Positions 1-8,141 of a stretch of DNA of 14,573 bases are shown one piece after another (position 1 is the first letter of the stretch; each line of letters begins with the position of its first letter). A program made the translations under genes and the position numbers. The stretch lies in contig JBNAVT010000038.1 of the NCBI GenBank assembly GCA_049700215.1, positions 1-14,573 on the forward strand, written 5' to 3'. Below the pieces are notes generated by a model that searched no databases, was not told where the DNA came from, and was given only the letters and a program-made list of their open reading frames with translations. This DNA is from Thermoproteota archaeon (GTDB lineage Archaea; Thermoproteota; EX4484-205; JAAOZP01).

Positions 1-2
1 GG

Positions 3-311
3 CTAGTGATAGATGGTGGTTGCAGGGATGTGGCTGAAATAAGGAGGGAAAGGTTCCCTGTTTTCTGCAGGGGAGTAGGCCGCACTGAGACTGTGGGGAG
101 GCTTATCCTGAGGCCTGAGGACGTTAACATACCTGTCACCGTCGGAGACGTGCCTGTGGAGCCCGGGGACTTCGTGATGGGCGACGATGACGGAGTGGTG
201 GTTATCCCTAGGGAGCTGGCTGAAGCGGTCTCGGAGAGAGCGCTGCGACAGTTTCAGGAGGACCGTGCCAACCAGAAGCCTTATTTGGAGAAGCTCGGCA
301 TAAGGCTTTAG
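3..311 (+). CDS. RraA family / HMG-CHA aldolase-like protein, 5'-partial
   Basis: Frame is open from the window edge (CTA GTG ATA GAT GGT...). Contains LVIDGGCRD, FPVFCRG and V.PGDFVMGDDDGVVVIP, the typical C-terminal half of the RraA-like fold. TAG stop at 309-311. Confidence 0.9.
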   Translation, partial: LVIDGGCRDVAEIRRERFPVFCRGVGRTETVGRLILRPEDVNIPVTVGDVPVEPGDFVMGDDDGVVVIPRELAEAVSERALRQFQEDRANQKPYLEKLGIRL

Positions 312-316
312 GAGGT
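311..316 (+). promoter_or_regulatory. Shine-Dalgarno site for the PPC/DUF296 gene
   Basis: GGAGGT overlaps the upstream TAG stop and lies 6 nt before ATG at 323. Confidence 0.7.
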
Positions 317-322
317 TTGAAG

Positions 323-751
323 ATGGACTCTTGGAGAGCGGGATTAGGAAGAATTATCGTTTTGAGAGGGGATCGTGGCGAGGATCTTTTAGAAACCATT
401 GAAACCACCGCTCGGGGCAACCGGATTGCAAACGGCGTCATAATCTCGGCAATAGGTACTCTTGAAAAATGTCGCATTCATAGGGTTACTTCCAAGAAGC
501 TTCCGCCTGAGGTGGAGTATGTTGACATAGATGGTCCTTTAGAAATAAACTCGGTAAGTGGCGTAATAGCGAACGGTAGGCTTCATGCGCATATTTCTGT
601 TTCAAATGGTAAGGGTACTTACGGGGGGCACTTAGAGCCGGGAAGCCGAATACTTTATCTTGCGGAAATAGTGGTGGCAGAGATTACTGGAGTCTCGTTC
701 AACCGGGTTCCAGACATGGCGACGGGTCTGAGTCTTCTAAGGGCTGTCTAG
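323..751 (+). CDS. PPC domain (DUF296, AF0104-like) putative metal-binding protein
   Basis: Motifs R...GEDLLE, SAIGTL, EINSVSG, HAHISVS, GGHL..G and AEIVV match PPC/DUF296. ATG at 323 is preferred to the track's TTG at 317 because of SD spacing. Confidence 0.88.
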   Translation: MDSWRAGLGRIIVLRGDRGEDLLETIETTARGNRIANGVIISAIGTLEKCRIHRVTSKKLPPEVEYVDIDGPLEINSVSGVIANGRLHAHISVSNGKGTYGGHLEPGSRILYLAEIVVAEITGVSFNRVPDMATGLSLLRAV

Positions 752-780
752 GTTAAAGGCTTCAATCCTGTTTGCCCGTT

Positions 781-793
781 AAAAATTCTTAAA
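781..793 (+). promoter_or_regulatory. Putative BRE/TATA promoter for cutA (leaderless-type spacing)
   Basis: AAAAATTCTTAAA ends about 22 nt upstream of ATG 815; no SD is visible. Confidence 0.4.
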
Positions 794-814
794 GGGCTCT
801 GGCTGATTAGCTTC

Positions 815-1138
815 ATGGACAGGTATATTCAGGTTTTAACAACAACTGGGAAAAGGGAGGACGCTGAGAAGATTGCAAGGATACTGTTGGAAAGGAGACT
901 GGCAGGATGTGTTCAAGTAGTAGGCCCAATATCCAGTCTATACTGGTGGAAAGGAAGAATCGAGAAAGCAGAAGAATGGTTATGCTTAATCAAGAGCAGA
1001 GAAGACTTGTATGAAGAACTTGAGAAAACTATCAGAGAGAATCATCTATATGAGGTTCCGGAGATTATTGCGATGCCGATAATTTCTGGAAGCAGAAGCT
1101 ACCTGGAATGGATGGGTACGGTGCTTAAAAGGCAATAA
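815..1138 (+). CDS. cutA: Divalent-cation tolerance protein CutA
   Basis: 107 aa with RLAGCVQ, SLYWWKGRIE..EE, IKS and H.YEVPEII...I..G...YLEW, the CutA signature pattern. Confidence 0.95.
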   Translation: MDRYIQVLTTTGKREDAEKIARILLERRLAGCVQVVGPISSLYWWKGRIEKAEEWLCLIKSREDLYEELEKTIRENHLYEVPEIIAMPIISGSRSYLEWMGTVLKRQ

Positions 1139-1150
1139 GTTTAACCGCTT

Positions 1151-1530
1151 CTAAATCACTACTTGTTTCCCGTTATTTCTCAACCTCTTCGTGATATGAA
1201 CCACTAGCACCCCTGTTAAATAGGTGAAAACTAGGGATAGGTTACATAGCCTATTTTTAGCATAAGGCTTTTGGAAACGGTTACGAGTAAATTGAAATAT
1301 GCCTATAACCTCAAGTTCTGATGAACCAAGATTAGAAATGATAATGTGGTAAGTACCAGAGTTAACGCGTGCTAATCGTGCTTAATGTCGGCTTCAGTTG
1401 TTTTCTTTACCGTTCCTAATACTCTTAAAGCTTCTCTCCCATCATCAGTAAGCTTATAGCTTCCTTCTGGCATGGTTTCTGCAAGCTCATTCAGCTTACT
1501 CAAATGAAACCGGAGGTGACCACTACTCTC
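1151..1530 (-). pseudogene. Decayed winged helix-turn-helix regulator with C-terminal transmembrane helices (5' part lost)
   Basis: Manual translation of the minus strand from 1530 gives ESSGHLRFHLSKLNELAETMPEGSYKLTDDGREALRVL (recognition helix + wing of archaeal ArsR-like wHTH). In-frame TAGs follow at 1374-1372 and 1305-1303, around a hydrophobic segment HALTLVLTTLSFLILV. After an apparent frameshift near 1240 comes LSLVFTYLTGVLVVHITKRLR...TAG (1153-1151). No start codon or N-terminal helices are present. Confidence 0.75.
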
Positions 1531-1548
1531 ACGTGCGTGCCGTATTTT

Positions 1549-2463
1549 CTAAACTCGATGATTATTCAAATGGTTGTTTGAAGAAGCATCCTCCTGAATA
1601 CTGCGGCCAAGTTTCTCCATCGTCTCTAGTATTTCGTCGTCAAGCCGTTTATGTCTCCGGCTCCTGTGTCTACCGGCTACATAAGGGCCTATTGATTCGA
1701 AAGCTGTTTTAGCCAGCTCATCTCCCTCTCCTTCTGAAAAGCGCCTCCAGGACTCGGGAAAGTGAACATAATCCTCCGGGTTCGTCCAGCTTATGTCAAA
1801 CTCCTCCAGTTTCTCAGGGGGGACGCATACCGCTACACGGTCTAGAATCCTGTGCAGGGATAAGGGTGTCGTGAAAACCCTCTGAATGTCTATCCGGTTC
1901 TCGACAACGAGCCCCTCTGTAGGCTCCAGCCTGTTGGCGATGAAACAGGTTACTGAGTATGCTATGTCAATCGGCTCTATTCTTCTCCTAATATCAGTGC
2001 TGAAGCAGAAAGGGTTGACGTGGACGTGAGTACCCCGGCCGCTCCACTTGATGAAGACGGATTTAGCCACCCCCAGCTTATCCAGCAGGCTTACTATTTC
2101 CCGGGCTTTGCCAATCACTTTCCTCCAGTCCCCATCCTTAGAATCTATGTCCCACACAGGAGATGAATAAACTATGTTACTCCTATCCAGAATGTCCTCC
2201 CTAGTTTTAAGCTTGGAATATATGTGGGCTGTGGCATAGAAGGCTCTCGGCCTGTACTGCTTGTAGCGGTCGATTAACAGTGCTACTTCTGAATCGGAGC
2301 CTATGGTTAACGGTCTTCCTTTTTCATACCTGATCATCATGCGCATACCTTTTTCTCCAATTGTTTCGCAGTGGATGGCGATCCAACGCCCCTTGCAATA
2401 ATCAGCCAGTTCTCTTCTCACTTCAGGCTTCCCATAGTGTTCTAACGGAACCCGGAGGCTCAT
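1549..2463 (-). CDS. Archaeo-eukaryotic primase (AEP) superfamily protein, stand-alone, not canonical PriS
   Basis: AEP motif I PVWDIDS (DxD), motif II KWSGRGTHVH (SG.G.H) and motif III NRIDIQRVFTTPLSLH. Its ATG overlaps the KaiC-like stop (ATGA, 2463-2460). Confidence 0.8.
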   Translation of the reverse strand: MSLRVPLEHYGKPEVRRELADYCKGRWIAIHCETIGEKGMRMMIRYEKGRPLTIGSDSEVALLIDRYKQYRPRAFYATAHIYSKLKTREDILDRSNIVYSSPVWDIDSKDGDWRKVIGKAREIVSLLDKLGVAKSVFIKWSGRGTHVHVNPFCFSTDIRRRIEPIDIAYSVTCFIANRLEPTEGLVVENRIDIQRVFTTPLSLHRILDRVAVCVPPEKLEEFDISWTNPEDYVHFPESWRRFSEGEGDELAKTAFESIGPYVAGRHRSRRHKRLDDEILETMEKLGRSIQEDASSNNHLNNHRV

Positions 2464-3254
2464 AGTTCCTTCTCAGCCTCTTTTCTTGCCCCAACTATTT
2501 TCCTCATGACTTCAGAGGGAAGCTTATAGTCTTCAACCCTTCTCTCAACCCTACCCAGAACCACCAGCCCTACGCCGGGTTTAATATCGATCTCATGGAG
2601 ATACCTGCTGTGGTCTGTCTGCCTCATCTTCTCGATGACGATGAATCTTTTCAACTCTCCGCCTCTCAAAAGCCTCCTGAACCTTATTATCCCGTCTGCT
2701 ATGTGTTCTACGCCGAAGCCGAAGCTCTCAGCAGTGGTTATCGCATACTGGCTCACGGCAAGTATCGTGAAGCTCCACTTGGAGAGAACCTTCTTAACAT
2801 AGTAGCTGTACCTCCTAGCCATTGCAGGCTTGTCCAGCCAGAATGCTGAAAGACTGTCGATGACGATCCTAGCCCTACCGTATCCAAGCTCCTTCTTAGC
2901 CTCTATTATCTTAGATACGAGGGCTTCCATGTCTAGGCTCTGCAGGCTCCACTTGTCTGTTCTACCCATTAAGGCATCGATTATTATCACCTTGCCTTCT
3001 TCAATCCTCTTCTGGAAATCCATTTTAAACTGTGATGCCTGCCTAACTATAGACTCCCTACTCTCCTCAGTTGTGACATAGATGCACTTGTCTCCCTCTT
3101 CAACACCCTTGTTAATGAAATGTATGGCGAGTATTGTTTTTCCGCATCCGGGTTCTCCGGTTACGGCGACGAAGAACCCCTCCGGTATTCCGCCTTGAAG
3201 CAGGGAGTCTAGCCCCTCAACCCCGGTGCTAAGCCTCTTAACCTCCAGCGTCAT
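2460..3254 (-). CDS. KaiC domain-containing ATPase (single-domain archaeal RecA/RAD55 superfamily; resembles the PAE1156-type family)
   Basis: RLSTGVEGLD..LQGGIP, Walker A GEPGCGKT, TTEES, Walker B IVIDS, SAFWLDKPAMAR, EHIADGIIRF, EKMRQT. ATG at 3254 (MTLEVKRLSTG) is preferred over GTG 3293 because the family normally begins just before RLSTG. Confidence 0.92.
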   Translation of the reverse strand: MTLEVKRLSTGVEGLDSLLQGGIPEGFFVAVTGEPGCGKTILAIHFINKGVEEGDKCIYVTTEESRESIVRQASQFKMDFQKRIEEGKVIIIDALMGRTDKWSLQSLDMEALVSKIIEAKKELGYGRARIVIDSLSAFWLDKPAMARRYSYYVKKVLSKWSFTILAVSQYAITTAESFGFGVEHIADGIIRFRRLLRGGELKRFIVIEKMRQTDHSRYLHEIDIKPGVGLVVLGRVERRVEDYKLPSEVMRKIVGARKEAEKEL

Positions 3255-3328
3255 AATACTATTTGTTTGGTTAGTGGCATAAGAACTTATCACTCTACTG
3301 CCAGCGGCCTCCCCATTTTAAAGTATCT

Positions 3329-6046
3329 TTAACCGGTTTCAGATCGGGCTATCTCATACCAGATAGTCTGGAAATCAGGCCCGATTGAAAAAACTTTATA
3401 CTGTCCCTCGTTAGAAACCTGCACCTGCTTAATCCTTCTTCCTATGCCGTCTAATGCCCATACTTCTATCTCCCTGCCTGTTTTAATCCTTAGCGTCGCC
3501 CCAACCCCTTCTACTAGCGTTGGAGCCGAACCCCAGTTCGTGCCGCAGGTTATAGGCTCCATGGCTGTTTTCACGCCAGCTAAATCGTTTAGTCTCCACG
3601 TTAACAATGCCGTGTTCTCCTCATACGTGCGGAGCCTCATCCCGGTGTTAGTAACGTAGCCAGCAGCTATTAGCAGAAGCCTGCTCCAGGAATCGAGGCT
3701 TTCTCCCTCCAGCACCGAGACCGTTACGACGCTCCAGCCTTCTAGAAGCGTTTCACCCGGCTCGATGACGAGTGCTCCAAAGTCTAGGCTCCTCCCCCCG
3801 GTGAAGCCTACGGCAGCTATGCTTCTCGAAGTATTGATTGTTAGGACTCCTCTCCCGGAATCAGACACGTCCCAAGCGACCTCCCCGGTGTCGGAGCGGT
3901 AGACACGCCCGGAAACACTGAAACCAGCCTTGGGAGAAGCTTCCTCATCGAGGCTGACGGCTGTTCTATGCGTGAGGGAGACCAATGGGTTTAAACCCAT
4001 GTGGCTAGCGTCCGGCAGCGCCCAAGCGTAGACCCTTCCCGCCGATATCAGGTTTATCTCGTCCTTTCTGCCGAGTCCCACGGAAACAAGCTGTTCAGCA
4101 GGCTTAACGTCGCCTCTCAAGAATATCATGTGCGCGGCTATCATGGTCGCCATTTTAACGGGGTGCTGGTCAATATCGAAGAACCCCCTTATCCTCCTAG
4201 AGTCCCAGTCGCCGCGGCTTCCGTAGTTGAACAGGAAGATTCCATCCCAGTCTTGCAGTGCAGCGTACGCGGCTAGCGTTATGACTGTTTCAGAATCATA
4301 CATGTTTGGAGCAGGATGATTGTATTCGGTGACGAAGTGAGGCTTGTTCACAACCCTTTTAACAGCCAAGCCTACTATCGTGCTCTGCTGGGGATTGTTA
4401 ACCATCGGCTCGTTAACCACGTACCAGTTGCTAGGGTCCCAAGGGGTTCCCGGGAAGGAAGGATGGTTCCAGTAGGCATGCGTGTCTACAACGTCAAGCT
4501 TAGACATTATGTTCGGAGTGCTGCACCCGACTACGGTGCCTATCACTAGGGCTTTCACAGCGAGCTCATCTTTAACGAATCTACGCATCTCCGTGAAAAA
4601 CTCTTCCTCCGTGCTGTACAGGAATTCAACCCAGTCTCTCCTTGCTGCACTCGTCCTTAAGCCGTATTCGGCGAGCCTCAGTATCCTAACGTTTGCCTTT
4701 TCAACACTCTCATCCTCCATCGGTCCGTACCCGCTGAAAAGCCTCATTGAGAAGCAGGAGAAAAGGTAGTTTGCTATGCTCCCACCGAGCCCTGAGACAT
4801 CTAGCCTAGCATTGTCCTCCGACTCCGACGCAACCAGAGCGATCTCGTACTCCTTCCACTCTGTTGTCAGCGATACTTCAACCCTTTGCGAAACTAGTCT
4901 CCATGGCTCGTGCGCCTGAACTAGGCTTACGCTTACGCTAACCGTTTTATCAGCCTTAGCCCTAAACCTGACAAGATAGTTTTCACCCTCCCTGATTCTT
5001 AAACCCGGCTGGTTGAACTGCACATGCCAGCTTTCTGAGCCGAGCCTCGTAACCTTTATTTCCAGAATCCTTCCTCCATTTTCCTCAATCACTCTTCCGG
5101 ATGCTTGCGCACCGTCGTGAACCTCAACCACCCAGCCGTCTAAACCGTTTTCGAAACAGCCGTTTCTGAGAACCTCGGCCTGAGCCCCTGGGCCTGTTTC
5201 AACGCCCCATGCTTCTCTAAACTCCTTGTCAGACAAGTATTTTGAACCCAAATAGGCGTTCCATTTCTCCTGAAGCCTGTTTTTAAAGACGTTTGGAAGC
5301 CTGTCAACCACGCCGCCAAGCCAAGAATGGATAAGCCCCTGCTCGTTCACTATTTCAACGAAGGCCACTGCAGGGTCCTCGGCGTAAGTCATTCCAGTAT
5401 AGGTGTTTAAATGGGTTAAGAGTTGCCTAGCATACTCTTTCTCAAGCTCTTCAAACTCGTCGATGAAAAACCCGAGGGCCTGCTGGTCCTTCCAGTCTAC
5501 TGTCTCCACTTCTCTAGGTAAGCCGTCTGCGGAAGTAAACCTTCTCGATACGAGCAGGTTCAGGTCAACGTATATGCCGTTCTCCTTAAGCTTTGAAATA
5601 AAGTAGTCAAGCCTGTCGAGCGCATCCTTGTTTAGGCGGCGTGTACCCCCAGTGGTCTTGTCAAATATGTTGAAAGCCTCCCAGCTCGCATCCATATGGT
5701 GGAAACGTACCACGTTGACCCCGAATTTAGCGAGCCTGCCGGCTATCCTCCCAGCTTCATCCTTCTCTGGAAAGCATGCTCCTCCACAAATGTTGACTCC
5801 TAGAAACTTCACTCTTCCACCGTTAACATATAGGTGGCCATCCTCCCCAACATAAACGTGTCCAAGGCTACCTGCCGGCTTGTGAAGCCTACTGCTCATG
5901 CTTATCACAGTCTGCTCACCGTCATTCCATGGGAGATGGAAGGGGAACACTCGTTCCTCAAGCGTTACAGGTTTAAATATGCTTTGGAGTAAGGCTAGGG
6001 AGGCAATCAAGCCTACTGTCAACAGGATTAAAAATGTTTTCCTCAT
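3329..6046 (-). CDS. Exported/membrane-anchored clan GH-A glycoside hydrolase with inserted CBM4-like module (GH148/EngU-like beta-glucanase architecture)
   Basis: N-terminal MRK + hydrophobic helix. Motifs FLGVNI, GVNVVRFHHMD, GIYVDLNL, YAEDPAVAFVEIVNE (acid/base Glu, about 5343), DTHAYWNHP, FVTEYNHP (nucleophile Glu, about 4326) and AALQDWDG. A CBM4_9-like insert LRNGCFENGLDGW...WHVQFNQ...VRFRAKA...LTTEWKEY lies at about 4740-5176. Confidence 0.85.
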   Translation of the reverse strand: MRKTFLILLTVGLIASLALLQSIFKPVTLEERVFPFHLPWNDGEQTVISMSSRLHKPAGSLGHVYVGEDGHLYVNGGRVKFLGVNICGGACFPEKDEAGRIAGRLAKFGVNVVRFHHMDASWEAFNIFDKTTGGTRRLNKDALDRLDYFISKLKENGIYVDLNLLVSRRFTSADGLPREVETVDWKDQQALGFFIDEFEELEKEYARQLLTHLNTYTGMTYAEDPAVAFVEIVNEQGLIHSWLGGVVDRLPNVFKNRLQEKWNAYLGSKYLSDKEFREAWGVETGPGAQAEVLRNGCFENGLDGWVVEVHDGAQASGRVIEENGGRILEIKVTRLGSESWHVQFNQPGLRIREGENYLVRFRAKADKTVSVSVSLVQAHEPWRLVSQRVEVSLTTEWKEYEIALVASESEDNARLDVSGLGGSIANYLFSCFSMRLFSGYGPMEDESVEKANVRILRLAEYGLRTSAARRDWVEFLYSTEEEFFTEMRRFVKDELAVKALVIGTVVGCSTPNIMSKLDVVDTHAYWNHPSFPGTPWDPSNWYVVNEPMVNNPQQSTIVGLAVKRVVNKPHFVTEYNHPAPNMYDSETVITLAAYAALQDWDGIFLFNYGSRGDWDSRRIRGFFDIDQHPVKMATMIAAHMIFLRGDVKPAEQLVSVGLGRKDEINLISAGRVYAWALPDASHMGLNPLVSLTHRTAVSLDEEASPKAGFSVSGRVYRSDTGEVAWDVSDSGRGVLTINTSRSIAAVGFTGGRSLDFGALVIEPGETLLEGWSVVTVSVLEGESLDSWSRLLLIAAGYVTNTGMRLRTYEENTALLTWRLNDLAGVKTAMEPITCGTNWGSAPTLVEGVGATLRIKTGREIEVWALDGIGRRIKQVQVSNEGQYKVFSIGPDFQTIWYEIARSETG

Positions 6047-6072
6047 CCGGTTTAAACAGGCCTTATGAAAAA

Positions 6073-6086
6073 GATATAAATCTTAA
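6073..6086 (-). promoter_or_regulatory. Putative TATA box for the glycoside hydrolase gene
   Basis: Minus strand TTAAGATTTATATC ends about 27 nt upstream of ATG 6046; no SD, consistent with a leaderless or short-leader transcript. Confidence 0.5.
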
Positions 6087-6167
6087 AGCGTGAGAGCACA
6101 GTATCTAGGCCGGCTATTCGAAAACATATGCGCCAAGGGGAAAACGGATTTTTCAGATACTGTTTTT

Positions 6168-8105
6168 CTACCAGGGCCATATCCATGAGGCTCTTGAAAC
6201 CAGGGTGATCGTGGTTCCCATTGCTACGACAATACCTATGCCCGCTGCGAACCCTGCCAGGACTATGCCTCTTATTGACAACCATTTTTCCGGCCCGAGT
6301 ATACGCGTCATCAAATACTTGCTTACAAGGGACATTAAGAACAACATTACCGTGTAGGGCGGTGTGCTGTACATTCCACCAACTAGCCCAACCGGGTTGA
6401 ACGGTACTCCCAGCCTGTTTAACGGGATTGAGACGAGGCTGACGCCGACAGATATGCCCATTCCCATCAGAATCTGGTCCGGCTTTATGAGTATCTGCCG
6501 GGTTGCAAACAGCGAGTCGCTGATGGCGTAGTTCGGCCAAATACCGTACACGTATGGGAATAAGTAGGAGGGTATTGGAGCTATTCTCCAGAAGAAGTCT
6601 GTAAATATGAGGCCGAACGTTGTTACCAGTATGAAGGATATTATGACTGCCTTAAAATAGTCCATGGGTCTCGTCCCCGTTGCATACGCCACCTTGGTGG
6701 AGTTCGCGAAGTATGGTGTGGAGAAGCCAGCTATGGCTGGTGTGAAAATCCATCCGGCGTAGCCGTTGTAGGGGCTGAAGTATATGGCTGCCTTCCACAT
6801 GTTGTATATGAAGTCGGAGGAGAAGGTCAGCCCCAGTTCACCGTAAATCCTGGCGCCGACAGACGCTAAAACGAAGCTGAACCCTACTGAAACCAGTATG
6901 GGGAGCCACAATGGAACATCCGGGAGGAGAATGTTGTAGAGCAGCGCGCTCAGAACTGTGGAGCAGAAGAATGTGGCGAGCAGTATCTTTGGCGAAGGAT
7001 ATCCCGGCCCACCCTTCAGCCTGCTTATTTTCGGGAGTGTTTTAAAAGCTGCCACGATCTTCTTGCTTGTCGCGGCTAAAAGATATATCGCCAGGCCGAA
7101 GGATAGACCCATGAACAGGGAAAGCCAGAGTCTTAAGCCTGCTCTCTGAAGTATCAGGAATATTCCCATGCCTGGTGAATACTCCTCGACCCACTGGGGA
7201 GAGAAGCTTTTGAAGGTTGTTAGAGTAAGAGTGTTTCCCAAGATCCATGTGATTACTGATCCCACTAGCATAGCGAAAGTTAGCGAGGGAGGCAGGATCA
7301 TGCCGTAGAGGAAGCTCAACGGGTCTGTTGCTATGCCTATTACTGCCCCCGGCAGGAAGAACTGCGTATAGGGTGTTAAGTCAACCCAAGGGTATGGGAT
7401 TAAACGCGCCTGGGGGCCGATGAGCATAGGCACCAGGTAAAGTATTAAACCGTATATGGCTCCCATCGTTAAAGACAGGATGAAGTAGAGTAGGTCCTGA
7501 GGCTTCCTGTCGTGCAGAGTGTTCACCATGGCTGTGTCGATCTGTGCGAATGGGAATGGCAGAGGCTCCTCCACCACGTACAGGTAGGAGAACAGTATGC
7601 CTATGGATAGTTCCGCCGCCAAGCCTAGGATTGAGAAGGCAAGGTTTACGCCTAGGGCGAAAAACCAGTCTGGGTGCAACAGGGTTCTCAACTGGTGGAC
7701 GACTGACGTTGCTGGGGGAGACATCCATGTGGGAACGTATTCCCTTAACGGGGTGTTGAAAAGCGTGAACTCTAGGCTTAAGGGATTAGTAACGTAGTAA
7801 GACCTGTAGACAAGCCAGTAGTACATGGGCATGGCTCCGCCTATCCCCCCCACGATAGAATATATTATGAAAAGCTCCTGTCTTGAAAGCCTCCTGCCGT
7901 AGATCTGTGTTAAAGCTGTGAAAAGTATTGCCGTCACGTAGGTTGCAGCTGTGCTCACTCCGGATCCTACTGCAAACCATAGGTATATTGAGGAGGGCAG
8001 GAAGATTAATGCAGCCATTATCATTGCTAAGATGCTTCTCCAAGTCAATCCTGGTGAAAATTCCTGCGAGGCTTGCGTCAGGGACCCTTCACCTCGATTT
8101 TTCAC
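6168..8105 (-). CDS. OPT/YSL-superfamily-like polytopic membrane transporter
   Basis: About 645 aa, highly hydrophobic with many TM segments. Contains GLTWRS at the N-terminus, LSRQE, EEPLPFP.A, ARIYGELG, WRIAPIPS..FPY and a terminal G...G.G helix. The true start may be CTG at 8081 (see findings). Confidence 0.8.
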   Translation of the reverse strand: MKNRGEGSLTQASQEFSPGLTWRSILAMIMAALIFLPSSIYLWFAVGSGVSTAATYVTAILFTALTQIYGRRLSRQELFIIYSIVGGIGGAMPMYYWLVYRSYYVTNPLSLEFTLFNTPLREYVPTWMSPPATSVVHQLRTLLHPDWFFALGVNLAFSILGLAAELSIGILFSYLYVVEEPLPFPFAQIDTAMVNTLHDRKPQDLLYFILSLTMGAIYGLILYLVPMLIGPQARLIPYPWVDLTPYTQFFLPGAVIGIATDPLSFLYGMILPPSLTFAMLVGSVITWILGNTLTLTTFKSFSPQWVEEYSPGMGIFLILQRAGLRLWLSLFMGLSFGLAIYLLAATSKKIVAAFKTLPKISRLKGGPGYPSPKILLATFFCSTVLSALLYNILLPDVPLWLPILVSVGFSFVLASVGARIYGELGLTFSSDFIYNMWKAAIYFSPYNGYAGWIFTPAIAGFSTPYFANSTKVAYATGTRPMDYFKAVIISFILVTTFGLIFTDFFWRIAPIPSYLFPYVYGIWPNYAISDSLFATRQILIKPDQILMGMGISVGVSLVSIPLNRLGVPFNPVGLVGGMYSTPPYTVMLFLMSLVSKYLMTRILGPEKWLSIRGIVLAGFAAGIGIVVAMGTTITLVSRASWIWPW

Positions 8106-8116
8106 TGTGATACTCC

Positions 8117-8133
8117 AATATAAAAATTTTTAA
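8117..8133 (-). promoter_or_regulatory. BRE/TATA promoter for the OPT-like gene
   Basis: Minus strand TTAAAAATTTTTATATT; includes the perfect palindrome TAAAAATTTTTA (8121-8132). Confidence 0.6.
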
Positions 8134-8141
8134 TTCCTGCT

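Noticed and set aside
1216-1551. Amber (TAG) recoding or readthrough fusing the AEP to the wHTH fragment
   Set aside because: TAG ends several intact genes here at family-appropriate positions (311, 751, 6168, 12736); the wHTH lacks its N-terminal half and also has a frameshift, so decay is simpler.
2460-3254. KaiC-like protein as the missing ABC ATPase of the FtsX permease, or as RadA/RadB
   Set aside because: It has no LSGGQ signature, and it carries the KaiC-type EE and KMR motifs without RadA's N-terminal domain.
3255-3293. 13-aa N-terminal extension of the KaiC-like protein from GTG 3293
   Set aside because: The AT-rich stretch looks like promoter/leader; family homology begins at MTLEVKRLSTG.
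8100-8112. TTTCAC-T-GTGATA resembling the TrmBL1/Tgr TGM operator (TATCAC-N5-GTGATA)
   Set aside because: Spacer is 1 nt rather than 5 and one half-site is imperfect.
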